Source of the DNA: an uncultured archaeon
GTDB taxonomy: Archaea; Asgardarchaeota; Lokiarchaeia; Sigyniarchaeales; SOKP01
Reading direction: 5' to 3'
DNA: 50,294 bases
NCBI GenBank assembly: GCA_964525635.1
Contig: CAZGJX010000016.1
Span: 1 to 50,294 of the forward strand
Position numbers and translations under genes: made by a program. Shown here piece by piece: positions 1-9,243 of the stretch (within the stretch, counting starts at the first letter, position 1; each line of letters begins with the position of its first letter). Under the pieces are notes generated by a model. It worked only from the letters and a program-made list of their open reading frames with translations. It had not been told where the DNA came from and made no database searches.

Positions 1-35
1 AATTTATTGTCAATTTCATTCCACTTTTGTGACAT
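1..35 (-). CDS. 5' end of a gene running off the left edge (MSQKWNEIDNK...), product unknown
   Basis: ATG at 35-33 on the minus strand, open to the window edge; SD-like AGTGTGAT just upstream; divergent from tRNA-Cys. Confidence 0.4.
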   Translation of the reverse strand, partial: MSQKWNEIDNK

Positions 36-146
36 TTTTTAATTACTGATCACACTTTTATAACTAAGAATATTTTTCAATGATAATATAATTCCTAAAA
101 TATCTTTTAAAAATTACACCTAAATTTTTAAATAACGAACTCTAAT

Positions 147-156
147 TTTATATATA
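147..156 (+). promoter_or_regulatory. TATA-box candidate for the tRNA-Cys/cysS transcript
   Basis: TTTATATATA about 20 nt upstream of the tRNA 5' end at 176. Confidence 0.45.
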
Positions 157-175
157 TCTAAAAATTCTATAATAA

Positions 176-302
176 GCCAGCGTTTCCGAGCAGTCAAGGA
201 GGTGGCCTGCAGAAGAATCACTTGAGATGCCTAAAGCCATTTATCGTGGGTGCAAAATAATCATTTGAGTTTCTCAATTTTATGCAATTCCCACCGCTGG
301 CT
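176..302 (+). tRNA. tRNA-Cys(GCA) with two introns (about 213-234 at position 37/38; 257-288 in the T-loop at 59/60)
   Basis: Acceptor GCCAGCG(176-182)/CGCTGGC(295-301); discriminator U302; D stem TCC/GGA; anticodon stem GTGGC/GCCAT with CT-GCA-G; T stem GTGGG/CCCAC; second intron has a clean bulge-helix-bulge (TGCA/TGCA with AAA and ATT bulges). Confidence 0.88.
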
Positions 303-340
303 TCTTAATTTCTAATAATTCTGATTAAAGATATGAAATT

Positions 341-1771
341 ATGATCGTATATAATAGTCTAACTTTTAAAATGGAAGAATTTAAATCAATAAATCCAAAT
401 GAGGTACTTATGTATGTCTGTGGCCCAACAGTGTATGATTCACCACATTTGGGACATGCAAAATCAGCAGTTACTTTTGATATTATTCGTAGATATCTTG
501 AATTTAAAGGATATAACGTTAAACTCGTAAAAAATTATACTGATATTGATGATAAAATAATAAAAAGAGCAAATCAAACTGGTATTGACTATAAATCTCT
601 CAGTGAAATATATATTGAAGAGTATGAAGATATTATGGAAGTATTAAACATAAAATCGAATTATCAAACACCTAAAGCTACAGAAATTATAGATTTTATG
701 ATAGAGGTTATAGAGAATTTAATCGAAAGAGGTAATGCATATGAAAGTAGTGGTTCAGTCTATTTTGCAGTATCAACTTATAAGGGGTATGATACCTTAT
801 TTCAGAACATAAATCAAGATGAAAATGAAACTTACGGTATTCCTTTAAATGAAAATCCCCTTTTTGGAGATAAATATAATGAGAAAGATTTTGTTTTATG
901 GAAAAAATGGAAAAAGGGGGAACCTTATTGGGAAAGCCCATGGGGAAGAGGAAGACCCGGATGGCATATAGAATGTTCTTCTATGGCTATTAAATTATTG
1001 GGAAATGTTATTGATATTCATGGCGGAGGATTAGACCTAAAATCCCCTCATCATAAAAATGAAATAGCACAATCAACTGCATATACCGGAGAAAAACAAT
1101 TTGCTAATTATTTTTTACATAATGGTTTTGTTAATGTTAATGATGAAAAAATGTCAAAAAGTCTTGGTAATTTCTTTTTAGTCTCTGATATTCTAAAAAA
1201 ATATAGTCCAATGGTTATCAGATTTTTTTTAATTTCAAGTCATTATCGCCATTCGATAAATTACACATCAGAAAATATAAAACAAGCAAAGAGAAATTAT
1301 AATAAGATAATATCTACGATACAAAGAATTTATGAGCAAAAAGTAGTGGATACTGATTCAGAACACATTAAAAATTTAATATTTGAAATTAAAAATAGTA
1401 AAAATAAAATATTAAAAGCAATGGATAATGATTTTAATACACCAATAGCAATAGCTACAATCTTAACATTAATCCGAAAGATTAATCAATATATTTTAGA
1501 AAAGAACCTTGATATTACAAAAGAATTTAAAGAGAGGTTTTTTACACTTATTAAAGAATTAGATGAAATATTTGGTATCTTTCCAAAATTAGAATTAAAT
1601 TTAAAAAAGATTATGTTTGAACAATCAGATGAAAAGGATGAGGTCATAAATAATTTATTAGATATTATTAGAGATACTAGAGATGAACTAAGAAGAATAA
1701 AATTATATGCCCTCAGCGATACGATTAGAGATAAATTGATAAAATTAGGGATAAAAATCGAAGATAAGTAA
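341..1771 (+). CDS. cysS: cysteinyl-tRNA synthetase
   Basis: YVCGPTVYD, HLGH (HIGH), GRPGWHIECS, DIHGGG.DL..PHH.NE, KMSKS motifs. Confidence 0.97.
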   Translation: MIVYNSLTFKMEEFKSINPNEVLMYVCGPTVYDSPHLGHAKSAVTFDIIRRYLEFKGYNVKLVKNYTDIDDKIIKRANQTGIDYKSLSEIYIEEYEDIMEVLNIKSNYQTPKATEIIDFMIEVIENLIERGNAYESSGSVYFAVSTYKGYDTLFQNINQDENETYGIPLNENPLFGDKYNEKDFVLWKKWKKGEPYWESPWGRGRPGWHIECSSMAIKLLGNVIDIHGGGLDLKSPHHKNEIAQSTAYTGEKQFANYFLHNGFVNVNDEKMSKSLGNFFLVSDILKKYSPMVIRFFLISSHYRHSINYTSENIKQAKRNYNKIISTIQRIYEQKVVDTDSEHIKNLIFEIKNSKNKILKAMDNDFNTPIAIATILTLIRKINQYILEKNLDITKEFKERFFTLIKELDEIFGIFPKLELNLKKIMFEQSDEKDEVINNLLDIIRDTRDELRRIKLYALSDTIRDKLIKLGIKIEDK

Positions 1772-1774
1772 TAT

Positions 1775-2455
1775 TTAAAAATCAGCTAATTCTATTTTTC
1801 CCATATAGAAGATATTCTCACCATCAAAATGAATCTGTAAAGGAATAATTGGAATCCCCTTTTTTCTCGCTTCCGATAATTTCTCCGCAAATTTGGGATC
1901 AGTGTCATTATTAGGAGAAAATCTACTTGCTTTACGGAAAATTAAAAATAAAAGAATCCCATTATGTTTGATGATTTCCTCAACATGGCGTTTTCCCCGT
2001 TCAGTAGGAGCATCAGGAAAAAGAGCTAATTTGTTCTTAACTAATGAGCATCCCTTTACTTCTAAAGGTATATTATCTAATAAAAAATCGATTCTGCTAT
2101 TGCCCAAAGGAACTTCTTTTTTAATTATCTTGATATCTGAAAATTCGGGTAATATTTTAATGATCTGTAATGCTATTTTTGAATGAAGAGCTGAATCTAT
2201 TAATATCCATTCATTTTCTTTTTTAACTGCTTTTATATAGTATTTAAGTTTTCCTTTAGATTTTGTGAAAAGTACTTCTACTCCTTTTAATAATAATTCT
2301 TTCAGTCTCCCAGGGTCATGAATATGTGCAAACTCAATTTTCTCATTGTATTTTAATGTACCTACAAACCTATTTTGTCTATTTATAAATACTCCCCTTT
2401 TAAGATCTGAGAGTTTAAATAAGTGAAATTTTGGATAATTCATAAAACCATACAA
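1775..2455 (-). CDS. sfsA: SfsA family DNA/RNA nuclease (sugar fermentation stimulation protein)
   Basis: R.NRF, HIHDPGRLKELL, SRIDFLL, EVKGCSL, ALFPDAPTERGKRH, FSPN..TDP.FA motifs. Confidence 0.92.
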   Translation of the reverse strand: MYGFMNYPKFHLFKLSDLKRGVFINRQNRFVGTLKYNEKIEFAHIHDPGRLKELLLKGVEVLFTKSKGKLKYYIKAVKKENEWILIDSALHSKIALQIIKILPEFSDIKIIKKEVPLGNSRIDFLLDNIPLEVKGCSLVKNKLALFPDAPTERGKRHVEEIIKHNGILLFLIFRKASRFSPNNDTDPKFAEKLSEARKKGIPIIPLQIHFDGENIFYMGKIELADF

Positions 2456-2587
2456 TTTTGATTAAAAACGGAATGATATATTGAAACATGTACTTTACAA
2501 AAGATTAAATAAATAATTAAGATAAAAATATAATGATTTTAATTATTAAATGAAAGTTTCAAAAATAATACAAAGTTTTTTAAAATA

Positions 2588-2827
2588 ATGGGAAAAAATA
2601 CAAATAATAATTCAATTAAAGATTATAAATTTCACCATATAGACACAAGTAAATGTAAAAATTGTAAAGATTTTTCATGTGAGGCTGCATGTTTCAGAGG
2701 AATATATAAAATTATAAATAAAGAATCAATTCCAAGATGTATAGTATATAGAGAAAGGGAGGATTTTTGCATAAAATGTTATTTATGTACGACCATGTGT
2801 AAAAAAAAAGCAATTTTAATTGATTAA
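2588..2827 (+). CDS. small 4Fe-4S dicluster ferredoxin-like protein
   Basis: CKNC...SC...C and CIKCYLCTTMC cysteine motifs ending in KAI. Confidence 0.75.
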   Translation: MGKNTNNNSIKDYKFHHIDTSKCKNCKDFSCEAACFRGIYKIINKESIPRCIVYREREDFCIKCYLCTTMCKKKAILID

Positions 2828-2909
2828 AAAATTCCTTTTGATTTATAAAATATAAATTAAAATAATTATTTATAGAATTAGTTTTCTAAAAAATAAAAAA
2901 GTATTAATT

Positions 2910-3452
2910 ATGATTAGTGAAAAACTGAAATTAGATGATATTGATAAACAGATAATAAGATTAGTACAAGAATCTCCAGATATGACACATACAGAAATCG
3001 CTGAAAAAATAGAGAGAAGCCAACCAACCGTAGGTATGAGAATTAAAAAACTAGAAAAAAGTGGAATTCTACAATTTCAACCAGGAATTAATTTCAAGCT
3101 TGTTGATTTACATCTTGCTACAGTTGAATTGAATACAAAAAATCCTGAAGAGGTACTTGAAATGGCAAAATTTTGTCCATTTATGCTGAATGCTTTCAGA
3201 TTAAGTGGTGATCATAATATATGCATATTGCTTGCAAGCTCAAAATTGCATAAACTTGATAATATTGTAAATTATCATTTTAGAAATCAAGACAACATAC
3301 AAAAAGTATCAATGGAAATCATAACAGAAATTGCGAAAGATTTTATCCTTCCTATTGATTTTGACTCAGAAGATCATAATCCAACATTGGAAGATGGTTG
3401 TGGTCCTAAATGTAAATGGAGAAAAGCAAGGAATCAGATAAATCTTAAATAA
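2910..3452 (+). CDS. Lrp/AsnC family transcriptional regulator
   Basis: LDDIDKQII...EIAEKI..SQPTVGMRIKKLEKSG HTH; RAM domain with LSGDHN; C-terminal CGPKC. Confidence 0.9.
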   Translation: MISEKLKLDDIDKQIIRLVQESPDMTHTEIAEKIERSQPTVGMRIKKLEKSGILQFQPGINFKLVDLHLATVELNTKNPEEVLEMAKFCPFMLNAFRLSGDHNICILLASSKLHKLDNIVNYHFRNQDNIQKVSMEIITEIAKDFILPIDFDSEDHNPTLEDGCGPKCKWRKARNQINLK

Positions 3453-3484
3453 TAGTTTTAAAATTTAAAAATAATCTAAGAGAA

Positions 3485-4087
3485 CTATTCTTTTTGGTCC
3501 TCTTTTTCATTTTGAGTTATTCCTTTAAACTTAAATTTAGGTGTTTCATGTGTTAAATTACAATTGGGTCCACAATAGTCAGAATATTTGTCAAAATCTT
3601 CAATTTGGAAATCAATAGGAATAACAAAATCATGAATACTATCAATTAAAATATTAGTTTTAACTGATAAAATATTAGGATCTTTACGAAAACATATATC
3701 TACCAAACGTTCAATTGTCTGAAGATCTGCTGCTGAAATAAAAAATAGAAGATTATAATCCCCCGAGATCTTAAATGTATGGTTGATAAAAGGACAATCC
3801 TCTATTTTTTCAACAATATCATCAACATCTTTAGTAGAAGCAAATACGATTGCTGTCTTTATATCTACTTCTTTAATATTAAAACCAACTTGCTTAGTTA
3901 ATAGATGTTTTCTTTCTAATTTAATAATTCTTGCACCCACAGCAGGTTGAGATTTCTCGATCTCTTTTGCAATTTCACTATGAGTTATATCTGGATTTCT
4001 CTCAATCATTTCAATGATTTTTTTATCATCATTATCAATACCTAATAATTCATTAAAACTTTTTTTTTTCATGTCCATGTTAATCAT
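3485..4087 (-). CDS. Lrp/AsnC family transcriptional regulator (paralog of 2910-3452)
   Basis: IDNDDKKII...EIAKEIEKSQPAVGARIIKLE HTH; ISGDYNL; C-terminal CGPNC. Confidence 0.9.
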   Translation of the reverse strand: MINMDMKKKSFNELLGIDNDDKKIIEMIERNPDITHSEIAKEIEKSQPAVGARIIKLERKHLLTKQVGFNIKEVDIKTAIVFASTKDVDDIVEKIEDCPFINHTFKISGDYNLLFFISAADLQTIERLVDICFRKDPNILSVKTNILIDSIHDFVIPIDFQIEDFDKYSDYCGPNCNLTHETPKFKFKGITQNEKEDQKE

Positions 4088-4336
4088 TTTTTTATATCTT
4101 AATAAACTTAATTTTTATTGTTAAAAAAATTTTCAATGGGAAATATACTATAATAAAATATGAATATTGTCAATTATTTTAATTTATAAATTTTAAATAT
4201 TATTATTAAAAAACTAAAATATAAAAGATTTTATAAAAGAATAAAATCTTTTTCCTATTGATAGTTCAACTTAAATAAATCATAAATCTGTATTTTAATC
4301 AAAAATAAACTCATTATATTATAGTTTTGATGTAAT

Positions 4337-4870
4337 ATGAATCAAATTGCACTTAAATTAATAACGATTGGTGATGGAGGTGTTGGCAAAACAACTTTAT
4401 TACATCGTTATGTAAAAGGGAACTTCATCGACACGACTACTATGACTATTGGAGTTGAATTTCTTGTAAAAGAGGTAAAAATCGAGGATACCTTATGTCA
4501 GCTTAATCTATGGGATATCTCTGGGCAGGAGAGGTTTTTCTTCATGGTGGATAAATATTTACGGGGAGCAAGTGGAGCAATTTTATTATTTGATATAACC
4601 AACATGAGAAGTTTTGTAAATTTAGGAAAATGGGTAAAAATTGTTAGGGAAAATAACCCAGAAAAAGAAAAAATACCTATTTTACTTATTGCGGCTAAGT
4701 GTGATTTAGAAGAATTCTCAATGGTAGGTGATATTTTAGCAAAAAAAGCTCAAGAAAAAATGGGACTTACAGATTATGTGAAAACTTCCTCTAAAACGGG
4801 ATTGAATGTGGACTTAGCATTTGAGAAATTAATCAAATATTTATTAAAACAAGAAGATGGAAAGTGTTAA
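4337..4870 (+). CDS. Rab-like small GTPase
   Basis: G1 GDGGVGKT, G2 TIGVEF, G3 WDISGQERF, YLRGA, G4 AKCD, G5 TSSKTG.NV. Confidence 0.93.
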   Translation: MNQIALKLITIGDGGVGKTTLLHRYVKGNFIDTTTMTIGVEFLVKEVKIEDTLCQLNLWDISGQERFFFMVDKYLRGASGAILLFDITNMRSFVNLGKWVKIVRENNPEKEKIPILLIAAKCDLEEFSMVGDILAKKAQEKMGLTDYVKTSSKTGLNVDLAFEKLIKYLLKQEDGKC

Positions 4871-5801
4871 GAATTAAAATTATGATTAAAGATCCAATTA
4901 TACCCAAAAGAAAAAACAAGGGATTGCCTTTTTCTTTTTCTGGCATAATTTCTCGAACAATGGTATATAAAATAACACCAGATATAAATGAGAATAAAAT
5001 ATACAACAATTCAAAATTAATATCTAAAAAAAGATCTAAGTTTAAACCTATTAATATACCTAATAATGCTGCAGATGAAAGTAATATTTTTCTTATCTTT
5101 GTCTCTTCATAATCGATTTCAATGTCTAAATCTGTGAATATAACATATTTTCCAAGGGATCTATTAGATAAAATTGCTCTAAAGAAAGCAAAAATATAGA
5201 ATAAGATTGCAGGAATGAGTTCAACTAATATTAGACTAATTAAGATTATTCCTACAAGGAAATGATATGTAAAATTTGTGAAAAATCTTAAACCTTCAAT
5301 ATCTTCATTTATATGATCATGAATTTTAACTTTTAATTGTTCTATTTGAAATTGTATTGATTTACCTTGTTCATGTAAATCAGTTATTACTCTTGATAAG
5401 TCTTTAAGAGCATATTTATCTAATTCTTCATGCATTAATTCTCTGTTAATAATATTTTCAATATTATCTTCAACTGATTCTAAGTTATTCTCCATTCTGA
5501 TTAATTTTCTTAATTTTTCTTGGGATTTACTTTCAACTTTTTGAAAAATAAATTTCTCACTTACATGTATAAATACAAAACCTATTAGAACAAATAAATA
5601 TTCAAAGAGAGTTAGACCTAGTGGATATTCAGGTAATCGTTCAGAGATTTCAGGAAGAACTACTAAAAAAAAATATGTGACTGAAATTCCTGCAATAAGA
5701 GATGTAGGAAAGATATGGTGCTTATGTTCATAATAGTGAGATATAAAAAAAGTTATTCCAAATATAAATGCAATTATTATTAAAGGAAGAGTCTCTGTCA
5801 T
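4833..5801 (-). CDS. ZIP-like (ZupT) membrane protein with a long coiled-coil loop
   Basis: About 8 hydrophobic helices; AGISVTYFFLVVLPE and SFISGVILYTIVREIMPE resemble ZIP TM2 and TM7; ~85-aa charged heptad loop. Confidence 0.6.
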   Translation of the reverse strand: MTETLPLIIIAFIFGITFFISHYYEHKHHIFPTSLIAGISVTYFFLVVLPEISERLPEYPLGLTLFEYLFVLIGFVFIHVSEKFIFQKVESKSQEKLRKLIRMENNLESVEDNIENIINRELMHEELDKYALKDLSRVITDLHEQGKSIQFQIEQLKVKIHDHINEDIEGLRFFTNFTYHFLVGIILISLILVELIPAILFYIFAFFRAILSNRSLGKYVIFTDLDIEIDYEETKIRKILLSSAALLGILIGLNLDLFLDINFELLYILFSFISGVILYTIVREIMPEKEKGNPLFFLLGIIGSLIIILILNTFHLLVLINI

Positions 5802-6017
5802 AATATCTTTACTTTATTAACATAATTTGGTTTTATTCATATAAAAATTAATTTCTAAATATCTATTATACTCAATATATTGATTATAATACTATTAAAA
5901 TAATAATTTTATTTTTCGGTAATACTTTTAAAACTTAATAGAATAATATATTTGTATTTTTTAGTTTAAATTAGTAATATCCCAAATTATATATTTCTTA
6001 GTGAAGTGTATTTCTAA

Positions 6018-6929
6018 ATGACTCAATTCCTGATAATTACTTCAACAGAAGATCAAGCCTCATTGAATATAAAAGATAAACTTATCAAATCAGATTTATA
6101 TCATTTCAAAATTACTAATGTTAATTGGGAGGATAATGAATTACTTAGATTGGCAAATATAGAAAAAGTTAATATAGAAAAGGAACAATTTTTAAAAGAA
6201 AATGAAGTATTTTTGGGAATAACACAAAACCGACTAATCTATCTTAATGAATTAAAGCTTGATCCAAATATATTAAGTCCCGATTTTCTCATATTTGCTA
6301 GTAGGCATGCTTCAAAAACAGAACGTCCCTCATTTCTTGTACATACAACTGGTGTTTGGAATGATGATATAGAATATGGAGGATCACCTAAGAGTCTATC
6401 TATTGCTAGTGCTCTTTTAGTTAAAGCAGGATATATTGCTATTCAAGAGAGTGTTAAAAATAATAAAATATCCGATTTTTCTCTTGATATGGAAGTTTCT
6501 CATCATGGACCAACTTCCCTTAATAAACCCTTGATATTTATGGAGCTTGGAAGTAACCAAAAAGAATGGAATGACAATTATGCAGGTATTACTATAGCTA
6601 ATGCTATAATAGAGACATTGATAAAATATACATCACTTAAAAAGGACAAATCTCAGAAAATAGGCATTGGTTTTGGCGGAACTCATTATGCTCCTCAATT
6701 TCAAAAGTTAATCTCAAAGACAAATATAGCTATCTCTCATATATGTCCTAAATATTTTATTCCTCACTTGGATGCCAATTTAATTAATCAGATGGTTAAA
6801 AAATGTTTAGAAAAAGTAGATTATTTTGTTATTGATTGGAAAGGTGTTAATTCCGCAGATAAAAAGCATCTAATTCCATTATTAGAAGAATATAATATTA
6901 GTATTAAGAAAATAAAAGATTTTTTTTAA
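6018..6929 (+). CDS. dtdA: archaeal D-aminoacyl-tRNA deacylase (DTD2/GEK1 family)
   Basis: IFASRHAS, VHTTG.W, EVSHHGPT, FMELGS...EW, GFGGTHYAP, SHICPKY, IDWKG motifs. Confidence 0.92.
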   Translation: MTQFLIITSTEDQASLNIKDKLIKSDLYHFKITNVNWEDNELLRLANIEKVNIEKEQFLKENEVFLGITQNRLIYLNELKLDPNILSPDFLIFASRHASKTERPSFLVHTTGVWNDDIEYGGSPKSLSIASALLVKAGYIAIQESVKNNKISDFSLDMEVSHHGPTSLNKPLIFMELGSNQKEWNDNYAGITIANAIIETLIKYTSLKKDKSQKIGIGFGGTHYAPQFQKLISKTNIAISHICPKYFIPHLDANLINQMVKKCLEKVDYFVIDWKGVNSADKKHLIPLLEEYNISIKKIKDFF

Positions 6930-6959
6930 TAAATAAATCTTATTTTTAAAATTTCGAAT

Positions 6960-7829
6960 TTAACTTGATTCCTGCTTTATCTTTTCATAATATTTAATTA
7001 AATTCTTAAATACAAAGTCAGTAGGACCAAATCCTTGAGTTGCTGATCTTGATAATATTTTTTGAAGTAGATCATGGTATTCTACATCTGGACCAGGAGT
7101 TATATTTAATTCTCTAATATTATAAAAACTACGCCAAAAATTTGTAGGCCATATAATTATTTGAGAGATATATTGATTATAATTCTTTTCTCCATCCTCA
7201 CTAAGTTTAAGTTCGTTCTTTAACTTATAAAAATAGTTTCCATTTTTTTGTTCTATAGAAATAAGCCCATCTCCCCTAATTTCCTCCATAATGTTCTGGA
7301 TTTTTTTCAGTTCTAATTGATTATCAAAAATTTTATTCATATTATCTAGTATATCTTTATCATATTGACCTTTCAATTTTAATAAAGTGTAATTTCGAGC
7401 AATTATATTATATTTTAAGGGAACTATTTCATGATCTAGCTTGTTATATTGGATTAAATTTCCTAAAATTTCTTTTGCAACAATATATTTTATGTTTAAT
7501 TGATCTTTTTCAGAATATTTTTGTTTAAATGTATTTGAATTAAAATAATATTTATACAATGCCTCTATTAAAGTTTTTATACAATAAAATCCATCAATAA
7601 CAGTTTGAGAAACATTTTTTAAAGAATTAATTCGATAATCAATATTATTCAGAAATTTTTCTTCTTCTATAGAGATTTCTCTAACTAAGTGTGGTTTAAT
7701 TTCAACTTCATTAAGAAAATCATTCCACTTTTGTTGAAATCTAAATGTTTGAGCCTTCGCTATACTTGATAATTTTTTTACTATATCTAAAAGTCTTTGT
7801 AAAAAATCTTTTTTCGAGAGTTCTGTCAT
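6960..7829 (-). CDS. hypothetical protein (possible winged-helix segment)
   Basis: 289-aa ORF with host-like codon usage; no family recognised. Confidence 0.7.
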   Translation of the reverse strand: MTELSKKDFLQRLLDIVKKLSSIAKAQTFRFQQKWNDFLNEVEIKPHLVREISIEEEKFLNNIDYRINSLKNVSQTVIDGFYCIKTLIEALYKYYFNSNTFKQKYSEKDQLNIKYIVAKEILGNLIQYNKLDHEIVPLKYNIIARNYTLLKLKGQYDKDILDNMNKIFDNQLELKKIQNIMEEIRGDGLISIEQKNGNYFYKLKNELKLSEDGEKNYNQYISQIIIWPTNFWRSFYNIRELNITPGPDVEYHDLLQKILSRSATQGFGPTDFVFKNLIKYYEKIKQESS

Positions 7830-7950
7830 TTAACAAGGAACCTTAATAATTAATTTATAGATTAAAAATAATAATAATTCAAATTAATATTAATTCAATT
7901 ATTAAAATAATAACATATTGTTAAATAGAAAAGAAGTAATATATTAATGT

Positions 7951-9126
7951 TTATGTAAGTTTATTCATAACTTCTAAAACTTTACCAATTTGAACATCAT
8001 TAATTACAAGAGGGGGTAATATTCTTATTGTAGATAATCCAGAGTTCAATAATAGAATATACCTTTCTTGGGCTTTTTTAATCAGTTTATCCACTTTTGT
8101 TCTATAATCAACACCTATCATCAAGCCTTTTCCTCTTACCTCTCGAATAAGCTTATTTTGATCTTCAGATATTTTATTTAAATTATCTATTATCTTTTTT
8201 CCTTGAATTGCAGAATTTTCTACCAGATTTTCTTTTTCAATAATTTCAATAGTTATATTTGCAGCGGCACATACAAGAGGATTTCCACCATAAGTAGTAA
8301 AATGTTCTCCAATTTTCATTTTATCATATAAATCCTCTGAAGAAATCGTTGCCCCCATAGGTAAACCTCCAGCGATTGCTTTTGCCATACACATTATATC
8401 AGGGATAATATCATAATGTTCAAAAGCAAACATTTTACCTGTCCTTCCAAAACCAGTTTGTACTTCATCATCAATTAAAATTATATTATGTTCATCACAT
8501 AATTCTCTTAATTCTCTTATGAACTCATATGGAGCGGGATAAACACCACTTTCTCCTTGGAATAATTCAATAATTATTGCGATTGTATTTTTATTAATTA
8601 GCTCCTTAACGGAATTTATATCTCCAAAAGATGCAAATTTGACATTAGGGGATAACCAAGCTAAAAAAGGTTTGCGATAATGTATGTTAAAAGTTAAACT
8701 TAATGACCCAAGGGATCTTCCATGGAAAGCTCTTTTAAAAGCTATTATTTCAGGAGATTTTTTATCTCGATTTGCCGCTAAGGCTAGTTTTATAGCAGCT
8801 TCAACAGATTCTGTCCCGCTATTAGAAAGAAAAGACTGATTTAAAGGTTTAGGTGTGATTTCTGCTAACTTTTTTAACAATTTATATCTTACTTCAATAG
8901 GAAAACTTGGTGGTATCATAACCAATTTATCCAATTGTTCTTTTACGGCTTTAATATATTTTGGGTGGGAATGTCCAATATTTAATACAGCATGTCCAGC
9001 AACGCAATCGATAAATTCATTTCCTTTATCATCATATAAACATGCTCCTTTTCCTTTTGTAATTATAAAATCCTTTTTTTGGAATAATTTTGTGTGATAA
9101 TACTGTTCTGAGTCAATAAAATTCAT
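7951..9126 (-). CDS. lysJ: class III PLP aminotransferase, LysJ/ArgD type
   Basis: NSGTESVEAAIK, AFHGRSLGSLS, QGESGV, DEVQTGFGRTG, AKAIAGGLPMG, TYGGNPL. Confidence 0.8.
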   Translation of the reverse strand: MNFIDSEQYYHTKLFQKKDFIITKGKGACLYDDKGNEFIDCVAGHAVLNIGHSHPKYIKAVKEQLDKLVMIPPSFPIEVRYKLLKKLAEITPKPLNQSFLSNSGTESVEAAIKLALAANRDKKSPEIIAFKRAFHGRSLGSLSLTFNIHYRKPFLAWLSPNVKFASFGDINSVKELINKNTIAIIIELFQGESGVYPAPYEFIRELRELCDEHNIILIDDEVQTGFGRTGKMFAFEHYDIIPDIMCMAKAIAGGLPMGATISSEDLYDKMKIGEHFTTYGGNPLVCAAANITIEIIEKENLVENSAIQGKKIIDNLNKISEDQNKLIREVRGKGLMIGVDYRTKVDKLIKKAQERYILLLNSGLSTIRILPPLVINDVQIGKVLEVMNKLT

Positions 9127-9243
9127 ATTGTTATTCTATATAAAAATATTTATTGCATTTTCAATTTGTATAATTAATGCATATAATCTATTAAGACAAA
9201 TAATTCTTATTAGTTTTTGAATAATTTTTTAGTAAAATGAAAA

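Noticed and set aside
1-35. Calling the edge ORF leuS
   Set aside because: Only 11 codons are visible and the expected KWQ motif is not matched.
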